From contig CP091279.1 of NCBI GenBank assembly GCA_021650915.1, forward strand, positions 3,870,001 through 3,902,000: a stretch of 32,000 nt of DNA, written 5' to 3'. This document shows positions 18,219-27,590 of this stretch, one piece after another. The stretch comes from Candidatus Brocadia sp. Its GTDB lineage: Bacteria > Planctomycetota > Brocadiia > Brocadiales > Brocadiaceae. The notes below the pieces were generated by a model. It saw only the letters and a program-made list of their open reading frames with translations, searched no databases and was not told the DNA's origin. The first letter of the stretch is position 1; every line of letters starts with the position of its first letter. The position numbers were made by a program, and so were the translations under genes.

Positions 18219-18467
18219 ACCAGATCCCTTTCTGAGAATAACAACGGTTTTAACCGTACTTACCCATAAATTTCACGGCATCGTATCAAAATGAGGGGAT
18301 AAATGCAAGACAAATGAATTCGACCAGAAATCTCCGTTGCCGCTCCAGTTTTTTTTATTGAAAGAAAGTGGATGTTCACATTATACTTAACCGCTGTTTG
18401 GTCGATTGTGGGTACAATGCTTATTTCACCCGGAGAGAATCGACTCCTTATTCAGAGGGAAACGACG

Positions 18468-19208
18468 ATGAAAGATCTTTTAGAACTCGACGTAGCAACC
18501 GCAAATAAACAGCTGGATGGCTTCACGGTCACAGAGCGCATCAGCTGGGCGGTGGAAACCTTTGGCAGGGATGCCGTCCTCTTAAGCAGCATGCAGAATT
18601 CCGCCTCGGTCCTGATGCATTGCTTTTATCGCATGGAACTGGACAATGAGGTGCTCTTCGTTGATACGGGATATCATTTCCGGGAAACGCTGCAACTCAG
18701 GGATGAATTTATGCGCCGCTATCATTTGTCCATTGTAACCCTATACCCCGAACTGACCCCGGAACAGCAGGAAAAAAAATTTGAAAAGAAATTGTATTTC
18801 TCCCGCGATGGGCAGAAAGAATGCTGCCGTTTGCGTAAAACCGTGCCCTTTATTACCCATATGAAACAATTCGGGCGCAGGCTTGCAATGGTCGGATTGC
18901 GCCGCAGCGAAGGCGGCCGGCGCGCCAAACTGGCGCCTCTTATCCAGGACCCCCGAACGGGGGGGTACACCCTGCACCCGATATTCGACTGGACGGACGA
19001 ACAGATTCAAACGTACCTCGAGAAAAATGACGTGCCCGTGCATCCCCTGCACAAACAAAACTATCCCAGCATTGGATGTGAATGCTGCACCACACCGGTC
19101 GAACCGGGCGAAGACCCGCGGGCAGGCCGATGGCGACACCTGGCAAGCGCCATCGACGAAGGACCGAAATACTGTAATATCAATTGTTCCGATGGTTCCG
19201 GAATCTGA
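18468..19208 (+). CDS. cysH: APS/PAPS reductase family protein (Fe-S type cysteine pattern)
   Basis: PAPS_reduct fold (LLSSMQNSASVL, FVDTGYHF). Cys pair KECC and GCECC, RAGRW near the C-terminus. Start chosen at MKDLLEL (GAGGGA upstream). The ORF is open from 18372. Confidence 0.8.
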   Translation: MKDLLELDVATANKQLDGFTVTERISWAVETFGRDAVLLSSMQNSASVLMHCFYRMELDNEVLFVDTGYHFRETLQLRDEFMRRYHLSIVTLYPELTPEQQEKKFEKKLYFSRDGQKECCRLRKTVPFITHMKQFGRRLAMVGLRRSEGGRRAKLAPLIQDPRTGGYTLHPIFDWTDEQIQTYLEKNDVPVHPLHKQNYPSIGCECCTTPVEPGEDPRAGRWRHLASAIDEGPKYCNINCSDGSGI

Positions 19209-19211
19209 CCT

Positions 19212-20219
19212 ATGCGCGGTATGGAATACCTTAAAATAGCGGGAACTGAACTGAGCGCTTCACGGATCGGTTTAGGGACATGGGCCATTGGCGGCTGGAT
19301 GTGGGGTGGCACAGAAGAGAAGACCTCGATACTCACCATCCACAAGGCCCTCGAACGAGGGATTAATCTCATTGATACTGCGCCCGTCTACGGGCAGGGT
19401 CGGTCGGAAGAAATCGTTGGAAAGGCGATAGAACAATATGGCAGACGAGATGAAGTGATCATCGCCACCAAGGTTTGCCTGGACTGGAGCGGGACAAAGA
19501 TTGTTCGCAACTCCACCCGCGACCGTATCTTCTCTGAAATTGAGGACTCACTGCGGCGATTGCGCACGGACGTTGTCGACATCTACCAGGTACACTGGCC
19601 TGATCCGCTTGTCCCGATAGAGGAAACTGCCGGAGCCATGAACCATCTGTACCGGCAAGGCAAGATTCGCGCCATTGGTGTAAGCAATTACTCGCCGGAA
19701 CAAATGAACATCTTCCGGCAGACTGCGCCACTCCATGTTGCCCAGCCGCCCTATAACCTGTTCGAACGCCAGATCGAACAGGAGATACTGCCGTATACCC
19801 ACAAACACAACATAACAACGCTCACCTATGGCGCCCTGTGCCGCGGGCTGCTCACAGGGAGGATGAAACCTGACACACAATTTACCGGCAACGACCTGCG
19901 CAAGATCGACCCCAAATTCCAGCAACCGCGCTACGGCCAGTACCTGGAAGCGGTGGCGCAACTCGACCGCCTTGCCCGGAAGCGCTTAAAAAAAGGCGTA
20001 CTGACGCTGGCAGTCCGGTGGTTGCTTGATCAGCCTGGCGTGGGCATTGCCCTGTGGGGCGCACGCAGTCCCAGTCAGATAGACGCGATTGACGAGGTGA
20101 TGGGATGGGCCATAGACGACGAGTCACGCACAACCATCGACCAGATACTCCGTGATACCATCAGAGAACCAATCGGACCAGAGTTCATGTCGCCATCATC
20201 GCGTGACACCGTTGTATGA
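19212..20219 (+). CDS. Aldo/keto reductase (335 aa)
   Basis: GLGTWAIGG...IDTAPVYGQGRSEEIVG...ATKV...QVHWPD...GVSNY is an AKR signature. Confidence 0.88.
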   Translation: MRGMEYLKIAGTELSASRIGLGTWAIGGWMWGGTEEKTSILTIHKALERGINLIDTAPVYGQGRSEEIVGKAIEQYGRRDEVIIATKVCLDWSGTKIVRNSTRDRIFSEIEDSLRRLRTDVVDIYQVHWPDPLVPIEETAGAMNHLYRQGKIRAIGVSNYSPEQMNIFRQTAPLHVAQPPYNLFERQIEQEILPYTHKHNITTLTYGALCRGLLTGRMKPDTQFTGNDLRKIDPKFQQPRYGQYLEAVAQLDRLARKRLKKGVLTLAVRWLLDQPGVGIALWGARSPSQIDAIDEVMGWAIDDESRTTIDQILRDTIREPIGPEFMSPSSRDTVV

Positions 20220-20461
20220 GATTATTTTTACCATCAGTGGGGTGGCTTCTCCTTGGTTTAATCGTTCGGCTGAGCGCTCACGATGAAGCCCGCTCCACGC
20301 AGCCGTCATTGCAAATGAAACGAAACAATCTCTCTTTATCATAATCGTTACCAGCCATTTCGTTCATTCCCCATCCCGCGTAAATTATTCACATGCGCCG
20401 AAAATATGTGGTAGGCAATGCCTGCCAGAAATATATGGCAGACAATAACTACCACTCCCGG

Positions 20462-20677
20462 CTAAAAAACAAGAGAAAATACGGATGCGGTCAATGGGAT
20501 GAATGCTTATGAGACAATACCATTTTTCGTGATAATAAAGGCAAAAAATCTAGTATACAGACATATTAATTACGAATTATATATTGTGGACAATTATAGT
20601 TATATAGTGCTGCAAAACAGCATTTATATGTTTCGTTATTAATATGTCTGTACACTAGGATTGTTTGCGAGAGAGGC
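20462..20677 (+). repeat. Repeat P, copy 2, interrupted by MITE A and ending at the intron 5' junction
   Basis: CTAAAAAACAAGAGAAAATACGGATGCGGTCAATGGGATGAATGCTT... is colinear with the reverse complement of 4664-4829. Confidence 0.6.
20553..20655. mobile_element. 103-bp MITE A (IS630/Tc1-type)
   Basis: TIRs GTATACAGACATATTAATTAC and reverse complement GTGTACAGACATATTAATAAC. TA on both flanks (20551-52 and 20656-57). About 90% identical to the reverse complement of 24983-25085. Confidence 0.8.
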
Positions 20678-22680
20678 GTGCCTTGAAGTATGGGATACCT
20701 GAGTGGTTGAAAATATCACCTCTGCGAGCCTAAATCCTCGTAGAGAAGTTTGTACCTATGCGTATACAAAGGAGCAATCCGTGTGCGTAGAAGGATAGCG
20801 TATTCCCGTGAGGGGTATGACGGAGTTACGAGGTACAGACGACCTTTTGGGGTGTATGAATATGGCGTGTTAGTTCGTGCCAACTGCCCTTTCTCAGTAA
20901 AGCACTGACAAATGTCCTTGTTGGAGATGATGCAAGCGATTCGGTGAAAACATCTCTGGATAATGCGTTTGAACATACATCACGAAGGGAAAAGGGGTAA
21001 TCCATATGACCGGGGGAGGACTTACGTCTTGGGAAGAAATTCCCTAACAGCGAGGTATAAGGGAAATCCGAAATCCAAGCTGTATGAGATGGTGACGGAC
21101 GACTGGCTCTCACAGGTCTGTCTTTGAAGTCGTCAGCAGTGCTCATAATAGTTTCTGGTGTAAGCCGGAAATGAAGGGGCATAACCGTAGTGGAGTTGAT
21201 GAAAGTGGTAGATTGAATACGTTCCATGAGAAAAGAGACTCTTTGCATGGGCAAGTAGTAGCAAGAGCCTCTCTTGTTTTGCCTCTGTCAGGAGGAATCT
21301 CGACTCAGGAAACACGATTGACAAGTCTATTATCCGGAATCAATCAAAAGGAACATATCGGGAGATGCTTAAGTATCATTCTTTAAGAGACAAGGTATTC
21401 AGTCTGAGAAACCTTTATGCGGCTTTTGGGCACGTAAAGAAGAATAAAGGCAAGGCTGGTCTCGACAGGGTAAGTATTAAGCAGTTTGAAAGTGACCTTG
21501 AGAATAATCTACAAGCTATTCACAAGGAACTGAAAACCGCCATATACAACCCTGCGCCCGTCTTAAGGGTCTACATTCCCAAAGGCAGGCATGGCAAGAG
21601 ACCTCTTGGCATTCCCATTGTCAAGGACAGGGTAGTACAGCAGGCGTTCAGACAAATCATAGAGCCAATATTCGAGAAAGAATTCTCGGATAACAGCTTT
21701 GGATTTCGTCCAAACAGATGCTGTCATGATGCTATCAAACGGATTGAACAGTATAAGCAGCAAGGGTATCGGAACATTTTGGACGCCGATATAAAGGCGT
21801 TCTATGATACCATACCTCACAAGCTTATCATGAACTCCTTGCGTGAGAAAATTGCTGACGGATGGGTGTTGAACAGTATCGAGAACATGCTCAAGGCAGG
21901 GGTCATGGAGGACGGCATCGTGCATGAGACAAATCAAGGCACTCCGCAAGGAGGCGTCATATCTCCCTTGCTTGCAAACCTTATCGGTGACATCATCGAC
22001 AAGGAGCTTGAAAAGGCAGAATATAAATTTGTCCGCTATGCCGATGACTTCGTTGTCATGACTAAAACGAAAGAAGAACTCCCTGCCGCCCTTCAGTACG
22101 TCAAGGAAATCATCGAAGGGAAACTTGAAATGAAGCTGAACGAGGATAAAACCAGGCTCACCAACTTCAAACGAGGCTTCCGGTTTCTCGGATATAATTT
22201 CATGGGCAAGAACAAGGGTGTAAGCATGAAATCCCTGGACAAACTCAAGGACGCCGTCAGGGACATCACCAAACGCACACAAGGCGTCAACCTGCAAGCC
22301 GTCATTGATACATTAAATCCTGTCATAAGGGGACATGTCAACTATTTTCGGCTGGGCAATGTACAAACGGTATATCGCTCGTTAGACTGCTGGGTACGCA
22401 TGAGACTGAGAAGTTTCAAGTTTTCGAGAAAATGGAAAACTGACAACAAACGTTTCCCGGTACACCGATTCTTTAAGATGGGGTTACTCTCATTTGAAAG
22501 AGAATTTCTTAAGGCACGTGCAAAGGCATGATAGGTTACTTTTCTCTGCTCCAGAGCAACACTATGGGGTCGCTAACTACGGGAAAGCCGTATGGTTTAA
22601 AAGGATACTTTGTCACGTTGTCCAAAGTATCTGGCGACGATTGGGGGTTGGAGGCGATTCGCCTCCTCCCTACCAGCTAC
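20678..22680 (+). mobile_element. Group II intron, copy 2 (about 2003 nt)
   Basis: Same element as 8248-10250. The 3' end ...CCTACCAGCTAC abuts internal IS66 sequence at 22681. The 5' boundary is uncertain by about 3 nt. Confidence 0.85.
21365..22531 (+). CDS. Group II intron reverse transcriptase/maturase (388 aa)
   Basis: Differs from the 8397..9563 product at 3 residues (D77G, G219E, S256N). YADD and X domain are intact. Confidence 0.93.
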   Translation: MLKYHSLRDKVFSLRNLYAAFGHVKKNKGKAGLDRVSIKQFESDLENNLQAIHKELKTAIYNPAPVLRVYIPKGRHGKRPLGIPIVKDRVVQQAFRQIIEPIFEKEFSDNSFGFRPNRCCHDAIKRIEQYKQQGYRNILDADIKAFYDTIPHKLIMNSLREKIADGWVLNSIENMLKAGVMEDGIVHETNQGTPQGGVISPLLANLIGDIIDKELEKAEYKFVRYADDFVVMTKTKEELPAALQYVKEIIEGKLEMKLNEDKTRLTNFKRGFRFLGYNFMGKNKGVSMKSLDKLKDAVRDITKRTQGVNLQAVIDTLNPVIRGHVNYFRLGNVQTVYRSLDCWVRMRLRSFKFSRKWKTDNKRFPVHRFFKMGLLSFEREFLKARAKA

Positions 22681-23817
22681 ATAAGGATGGCCTCTGTCTT
22701 AGCGCCATCCTCAGAGCGGTTCTGCTGTGAGACCTTTCTGGTCAATACTGGCTTTCGCATCTGTTGCTCAGCATGGTTGTTATAGGGACTGACATCCTCA
22801 TGTTCCAGGAACGTAAAGAGTTCCTGTTTATGGCGGTTCAGGCGTTTGGTCAATCTTTGTGCATCTTTGTGCATCTTTATCCTGGCAGGGTGTTGCCAAA
22901 AACTGTTCAAGCCTGCAATACAGTCTATTTTTAAGCCTGAGAAAGCATGCCGGGTTTATCTGGTGCTTTTTCTCGGATAGCCGGATGGCATCCCTGAGTA
23001 ATCGGGAGAGTTTTCTCCTGAAACTTTTCCATGAGACAGAATGGTTGTAGGTGTCTACTTTCACGAGTTCCGTAAAGAGATGATAGAAACACCGCTGCTT
23101 TGCCCGTGCGCTTGTCTTGTTATAAGCGCCCCAGAAGTCGCAGATCAGGATGCCCTTGAAGAGTCTGCCTAAGAACCTTTTTTATGACAGGCGACCCCCG
23201 ATTCCGTGTTATAAGGTAGTAGCAGAGGGTTTTGGTGGTAAAACACCATAACCAATGGGTTTTTCCATTCAACCGCCACCCGGTTTCATCTGCGTGCAAG
23301 ACGGCGCTGGTAGAGACCTTTTGTCCAATATCGTTATACTGTGGTTCCAGGAGTGTTGCAAGAGCCTTCCAGGCCTGGGTTAAACCACCGGCGCTTACGT
23401 GAAGATTGAAAAATACGGAAACCATCTTTACAAGGTTGTTTACACTGATACCGACTACGTAATGAAGCCAGGCGGTAAAGACAACGAGGCGCAATCCGAG
23501 TCGGGCGTTTGGCAAGGCATCGGTGAGCGCGGGCTGAACGATCTTTTTGCAACAAGCACACCAGTAGCCATGAACCGTATGTTCCGTCACGACAGGGTCG
23601 ACCCGGGGGATATCCTCGATGTATCGCTTATACGTTCTCACCGGCTTTTGTAATGACTGCTGGCAGTCAGGGCACCTCTCCAGGGTATGTGTCTTATAGG
23701 CAGTTATGGTTTCCGGTCGTCTTCGGGAAACCCCCTTATGTCCTGGTTTTCTGCCACAAGGTCGTTTTCTCTTTTTACGGGTAGGCTTGAGATAAGGTGG
23801 CGTCATGCCCGAAGGGG
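22681..23817 (-). pseudogene. IS66-family transposase remnant, copy 2
   Basis: Zinc-finger and DDE region (CPDCQQSL...HADETGWRLNG...). Lesions relative to copy 1: a 10-bp tandem duplication GTGCATCTTT (22859-22878) and one extra T in the run at 23178-23183. The 3' end is replaced by the intron. No terminal repeat is present at the 5' side. Confidence 0.8.
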
Positions 23818-23819
23818 TA

Positions 23820-24980
23820 GTGTGTTGACAAATTAATTACAATACATTATGCTGTGCTTCATGAGACAAGCAAAAATTCAACTTACCGAGGAAGAACGAG
23901 CAAACTTGAAGTCATTTCGCTCCAAGGGGCAGCACATGACAAGAGAAGTCAATCGTGCGCATATATTATCGGCTTTAGACCAAAATGTGCCTGAAAAACA
24001 TATTCTGTCTGTTCTGGGTGTTGGCCGCACTGCCATTTGGCGGACACGCTCTGCATATCTTGAGAAGGGCTTGGATTATGCACTTCACGATGTTGTCAGA
24101 CCCGGTCAGCCGGTAAAATACGGAACCAACCAACAAGCCGAAGTCGTAGCTTTGGCATGTAGTGCACCACCGAAGGGTGCCAGGCGCTGGACAATCGCCT
24201 TGTTGACTGAAGCAATAAGGCAACAGCTAAAACTTAGAAAGATTAGTCGTGAAAGTATCCGTCTCTTTCTAAAAAAAACGACTGTAAGCCGTGGCGGAAA
24301 TTGATGTGGTGTATTGGTAAATTGACTGAGGAATACCGCCAAAGGATGTATGATTTGCTGGAACTCTACACGAGGTCTTATTGTGAGGACGAGCCAGTGA
24401 TTTGCGTAGACGAGAAGAGTAAGCAGCTTTTGGAACAACCGCGCCTCCCAATTCCTGCCAGTCCGGGCAATCCTGTCAAAGAGGACTGCGAGTATAAACG
24501 TGCCGGCACCCGTAATATTTTCATGGCAGTTGAACCTAAGGGTGGTTGTAGACAGGTTGAAGTGACAACCCGTCGTACCAAGAGAGATTTTGTCCAGTTC
24601 ATCGGCCATTTGGTAAAAAAAGTCTATGTAAGGGCGCTCAAGATTCATCTGGTGTTGGACAATCTTAATACTCATTTTCGCAGTAGTTTTGAAGAAATAT
24701 TGGGTGTTGAAGAAGCGACCCAAATGTTGGAACGAGTAGAATTTCATTATACTCCCAAGCATGCCAGTTGGCTTAATATGGCTGAAATTGAAATCGGCAT
24801 CATGGATCGGCAGTGTACTGGGTGCCGAATACCAAACGAACAAACCCTTCGGTCGGAAGTCGCTGCGTGGACTGACCGACGCAATCAGGCCAAATCAACA
24901 ATAGATTGGAAGTTTACACGGCAAGATGCTGATCAAAAGCTGTCAAGGCACTATGTTTCGTAATTAATTTGTTGTAATAC
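23820..24980 (+). mobile_element. IS630-family element B (1161 bp)
   Basis: IRs GTGTGTTGACAAATTAATTAC (23820) and reverse complement GTATTACAACAAATTAATTAC (24980). TA at 23818-19 and 24981-82. Confidence 0.85.
23849..24963 (+). CDS. IS630-family transposase, two frames joined by a -1 shift at an A8 run
   Basis: orfA 23849..24304 (HTH) and orfB frame to 24963 (VICVDEKS...VLDNLNTH...HASWLNMAEIE). A -1 slip on CTA-AAA-AAA-ACG (24271-24278) gives LKKNDCKPWRKLMWCIG, the usual IS630 KKN..KPW...WCI junction. Confidence 0.8.
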
Positions 24981-24982
24981 TA

Positions 24983-25085
24983 GTGTAGAGACATATCAAT
25001 AACGAAACATATAAATGCTGTTTTGCGGCGCGATATAGCTAAAATTGTCCACAATATATAATTTGTAATTAATATGTCTGTATAC
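24983..25085. mobile_element. 103-bp MITE B (IS630/Tc1-type)
   Basis: Inverted copy of MITE A. TA at 24981-82 and 25086-87. The left TA is the same TA that flanks IS630 element B. Confidence 0.8.
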
Positions 25086-25087
25086 TA

Positions 25088-25362
25088 GAATACATGCTGT
25101 AATTTCTTTAAAAATTCGATAAAGTCTGCACGCTTATGGCTTTTACTTACATGGGCAATTACTTTTCCACTATGCAAGTCAATACCACTCAGCAATGAAA
25201 CAGTTCCGTGTCTTACGTATTCATGGTCTCTCATCAGGGTTGGATGTTTGCCAGGTACTGGCAATAAATCTTCCGATGTGTTTCCCTTTGCCTGAATTCC
25301 GGGTTTTTCATCATAACTTACAGTAATTTTGTCTATGGCAAAGTCTTGGTAGAGTAGAAAAA
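25088..25362 (-). pseudogene. Internal fragment of a third IS630-like transposase
   Basis: ...ITVSYDEKPGIQAK...YVRHGTVSLLSGIDLHSGKV...RADFIEFLKKL. Cut by MITE B on one side and by the IS at 25363 on the other. Confidence 0.7.
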
Positions 25363-26419
25363 GAGAGACTTGGTTAAAGAAAAAGCCCTCCAAATATGGT
25401 AAAAAATAGTTTTGATACAAGAAACTAAACCATAAAGAAAAGGAGGGCTATATGGGAGCAACCCCATGCACAGATGGTATCACAATAGAATTTGGTTGTC
25501 AAATTCGGGTTGAATTAAAGGACGGCAGCCTGGAGTCGATTCTCAAGGCATTTTGCAAGATACTGCCGGAGATATTAAGGGATTTTATTCAGAAGATCGT
25601 GTAGATGTTTGGCTGGACAGTAGACAAGATGACGATAGGGAAATCGGTACAAAAGACGGCAGCAGAGATAGATTTTCAACTCGACGAGAAGGGACTTCCC
25701 TTGGGAGAAGCAGACGGGACAGGGGTAGGGATTAAGGGGATAGCCAAACGAGGCAAGGAGCTCAAGGTCTTTGTGCAATACAAGAGCGGTGGAGGGGTGA
25801 GAGTGGCAGGGCTTGACATAGGGGATTACAACGGTAGTTGGGATACGCTGTTTGGTAAGAGTGTTAAGGTGTTCAGGAAGTTTTCCCAGTTTCTTTTGAT
25901 AACCGATGGCGACACCTCTATTTTGGATAGTTTGAAAGGTAAGATCAAGGTGCTTGTACAGAGATGTTTGTGGCATATTCCGTATCAGGCAAAGTATGTA
26001 TTGTGGCAAGATGGGGTCAAGAGCAAGGGGAAAGAATGGCTGGAGGTGATGTCTGAGCTTATGGAGGTCTGTGCGATACGGCCATTGGTTGATTGTCAGA
26101 AGACCATCGAGAAAATGATAGAGTCCAAGAGGAAACGATTGGATGCGGTGATTCAGCATTGTTTGTCGAAGGGATATACTCATACCGCATCCTATCTTGA
26201 GAATGCCAGGCCTGATATGTTTACGGCGATAGAAAAGAGGCTCAATGGCAGAACGACAAGTAAAGTAGAGCGCGTCATGCGTACGGTTAACCTGCGGGTG
26301 AATGTGAGCAAATGGAGTGTTACTGGGGCGCTGAACGTTACCAAAATTCGGCTTGCCTATTACTACAACGGCTTTGATGCGTGACAACTATACATTGGAG
26401 GACTTTTCTCAGGTCTCCA
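25363..26419 (+). mobile_element. Small IS (about 1.06 kb), boundaries approximate
   Basis: Imperfect inverted repeats GAGACTTGGTTAAAGAAAAAGCCCTCCAAATATGG (25365-) versus the reverse complement of 26385-26417, GAGACCTGAGAAAAGTCCTCCAATGTATAG. Confidence 0.5.
25452..26384 (+). pseudogene. Mutator/IS256-like DDE transposase with one in-frame TAG
   Basis: AAGGAGG RBS. 25452..25601 and 25605..26384 are in the same frame, separated only by TAG at 25602-25604. Motifs EADGTGV, LITDGD, QRCLWHI and TTSKVERVMRTVN resemble the IS256/Mutator D-D-E layout. Family call is tentative. Confidence 0.6.
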
Positions 26420-26432
26420 CTTGACAACGCTA

Positions 26433-27287
26433 CTAATTGTTTTGCCCCTTTAATCGTTCATATTCTGCAAATTCCCTGTCGGCCTCTGTACGCATCCCTT
26501 TCTTTTTATAGGCGAGGCCTAAATTGTAATGAACGTTGGCAAGGTTTGGTTCAGCAGACGCTACCTTCTGAAACTCCCTTATCGCCTCATCGTACATTCC
26601 TTTTTTACCATATTCAATACCCTTTTCGTTGGTCTTTTTAATGTCTAATCCATAATCCTCTGCGCCTTTTACTTCTTCAGGTTTTGTCACGTCAGCGACT
26701 CTTTGCGAATAAGAATCCGGAGAGGATGTGGTTTCTGTTTTTTCAGACTGCGGAGTCTTTTTCCCCGTTTTTGTTGCCATTTTCGTTTTAGCGGCGCCCT
26801 TCTTTGTAACGCTCGTTTTCTTTTGGGTTGTTTTTTTACCAGACTTTTTTTGCGCAACCGACTTTGTCTTCTTTGGGGCTTTCACGGCATACGCCCTGTT
26901 GGATAACTTTTTATAGGCCGCTTCCAGTGATGCGGCCTGTTTCTTCATCCTGGCTTGCTCTTTTTCTAAAGTAGCCTGCTTTACTCTCATTTGTGTATGA
27001 GCCTTACTCAGCTTGTCGTTTTCGGAGGAAAGCATATTGACTCTCCCCTCGAGGTTTTGATTCATTGCCTCAAGGTTGTCTGATTTTTCTTCCAATTTAT
27101 ACAGCGCACGATGAAGGTCCGTTTGAAATCGGGAAAAGGAGCTTTTTTTAAACCTTTCCGCCTGCTTTGAATATTTATACGCATTTTCTTCGCCAGAACT
27201 TATTTTGCCGGTAAAGGGCTGCATGACGATAACAAAAAGAAGCGCCTTTACGACACAATGAAATTTCTGAAATTTTCTGGTTATCAC
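26433..27287 (-). CDS. Secreted coiled-coil, Lys-rich, TPR protein (284 aa)
   Basis: N-terminal hydrophobic signal, heptad-like region, a K/T-rich linker and a C-terminal TPR (AIREFQKV...NLGLAYKKKGM). Confidence 0.8.
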   Translation of the reverse strand: MITRKFQKFHCVVKALLFVIVMQPFTGKISSGEENAYKYSKQAERFKKSSFSRFQTDLHRALYKLEEKSDNLEAMNQNLEGRVNMLSSENDKLSKAHTQMRVKQATLEKEQARMKKQAASLEAAYKKLSNRAYAVKAPKKTKSVAQKKSGKKTTQKKTSVTKKGAAKTKMATKTGKKTPQSEKTETTSSPDSYSQRVADVTKPEEVKGAEDYGLDIKKTNEKGIEYGKKGMYDEAIREFQKVASAEPNLANVHYNLGLAYKKKGMRTEADREFAEYERLKGQNN

Positions 27288-27590
27288 GGTCTTCCTCCTC
27301 CAGGAAAAGATGGAAGTGAGCTATTTACCCTATAGTGGTTATTCCGTTCCCACAAGAGAGGTATCTATGAGTTGTGGATATATTACCTTTATCAATAAAT
27401 TTTGCAAGCAATTTCGGGCAAATTTTTAAAAATTACACCGGCAATTCAGGTCATTCTTTTCTTCCCAATGCAAAGAGGCGTGTGATTTCCGTCTATCAGT
27501 TTTTTACGTTGACTTAGTCTGTATCAATTCGGTAAAATTTTATTATTGCTCATTTCTATATTTCTACTAACCCCTAAGGAGCATGAGTAG

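Noticed and set aside
21260-21290. GCCTCTCT in the intron, complementary to the last 8 nt of the copy 2 5' exon, considered as EBS1
   Set aside because: It lies about 590 nt from the 5' end, just before the ORF, and sits inside a local hairpin (CAAGAG/CTCTTG). This position is unlikely for EBS1 without a structural model.
8248-22680. A single inversion between the two introns as the full explanation for the mismatched exons
   Set aside because: Swapping the 5' exons between copies still does not recreate a contiguous IS66, repeat P or RHH gene. At least one deletion or additional event is required.
24106-24843. 245-aa ORF antisense to the IS630-B transposase
   Set aside because: Shadow ORF. 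The sense frame carries all IS630 motifs.
20553-25085. MITE A and MITE B as the ends of a 4.5-kb composite transposon
   Set aside because: Each MITE has its own TA duplication, and the outer flanks show no shared duplication. Independent insertions are more likely.
25575-26387. 270-aa ORF antisense to the Mutator/IS256-like transposase
   Set aside because: Shadow ORF with no motif. The sense strand has the RBS and the D-D-E pattern.
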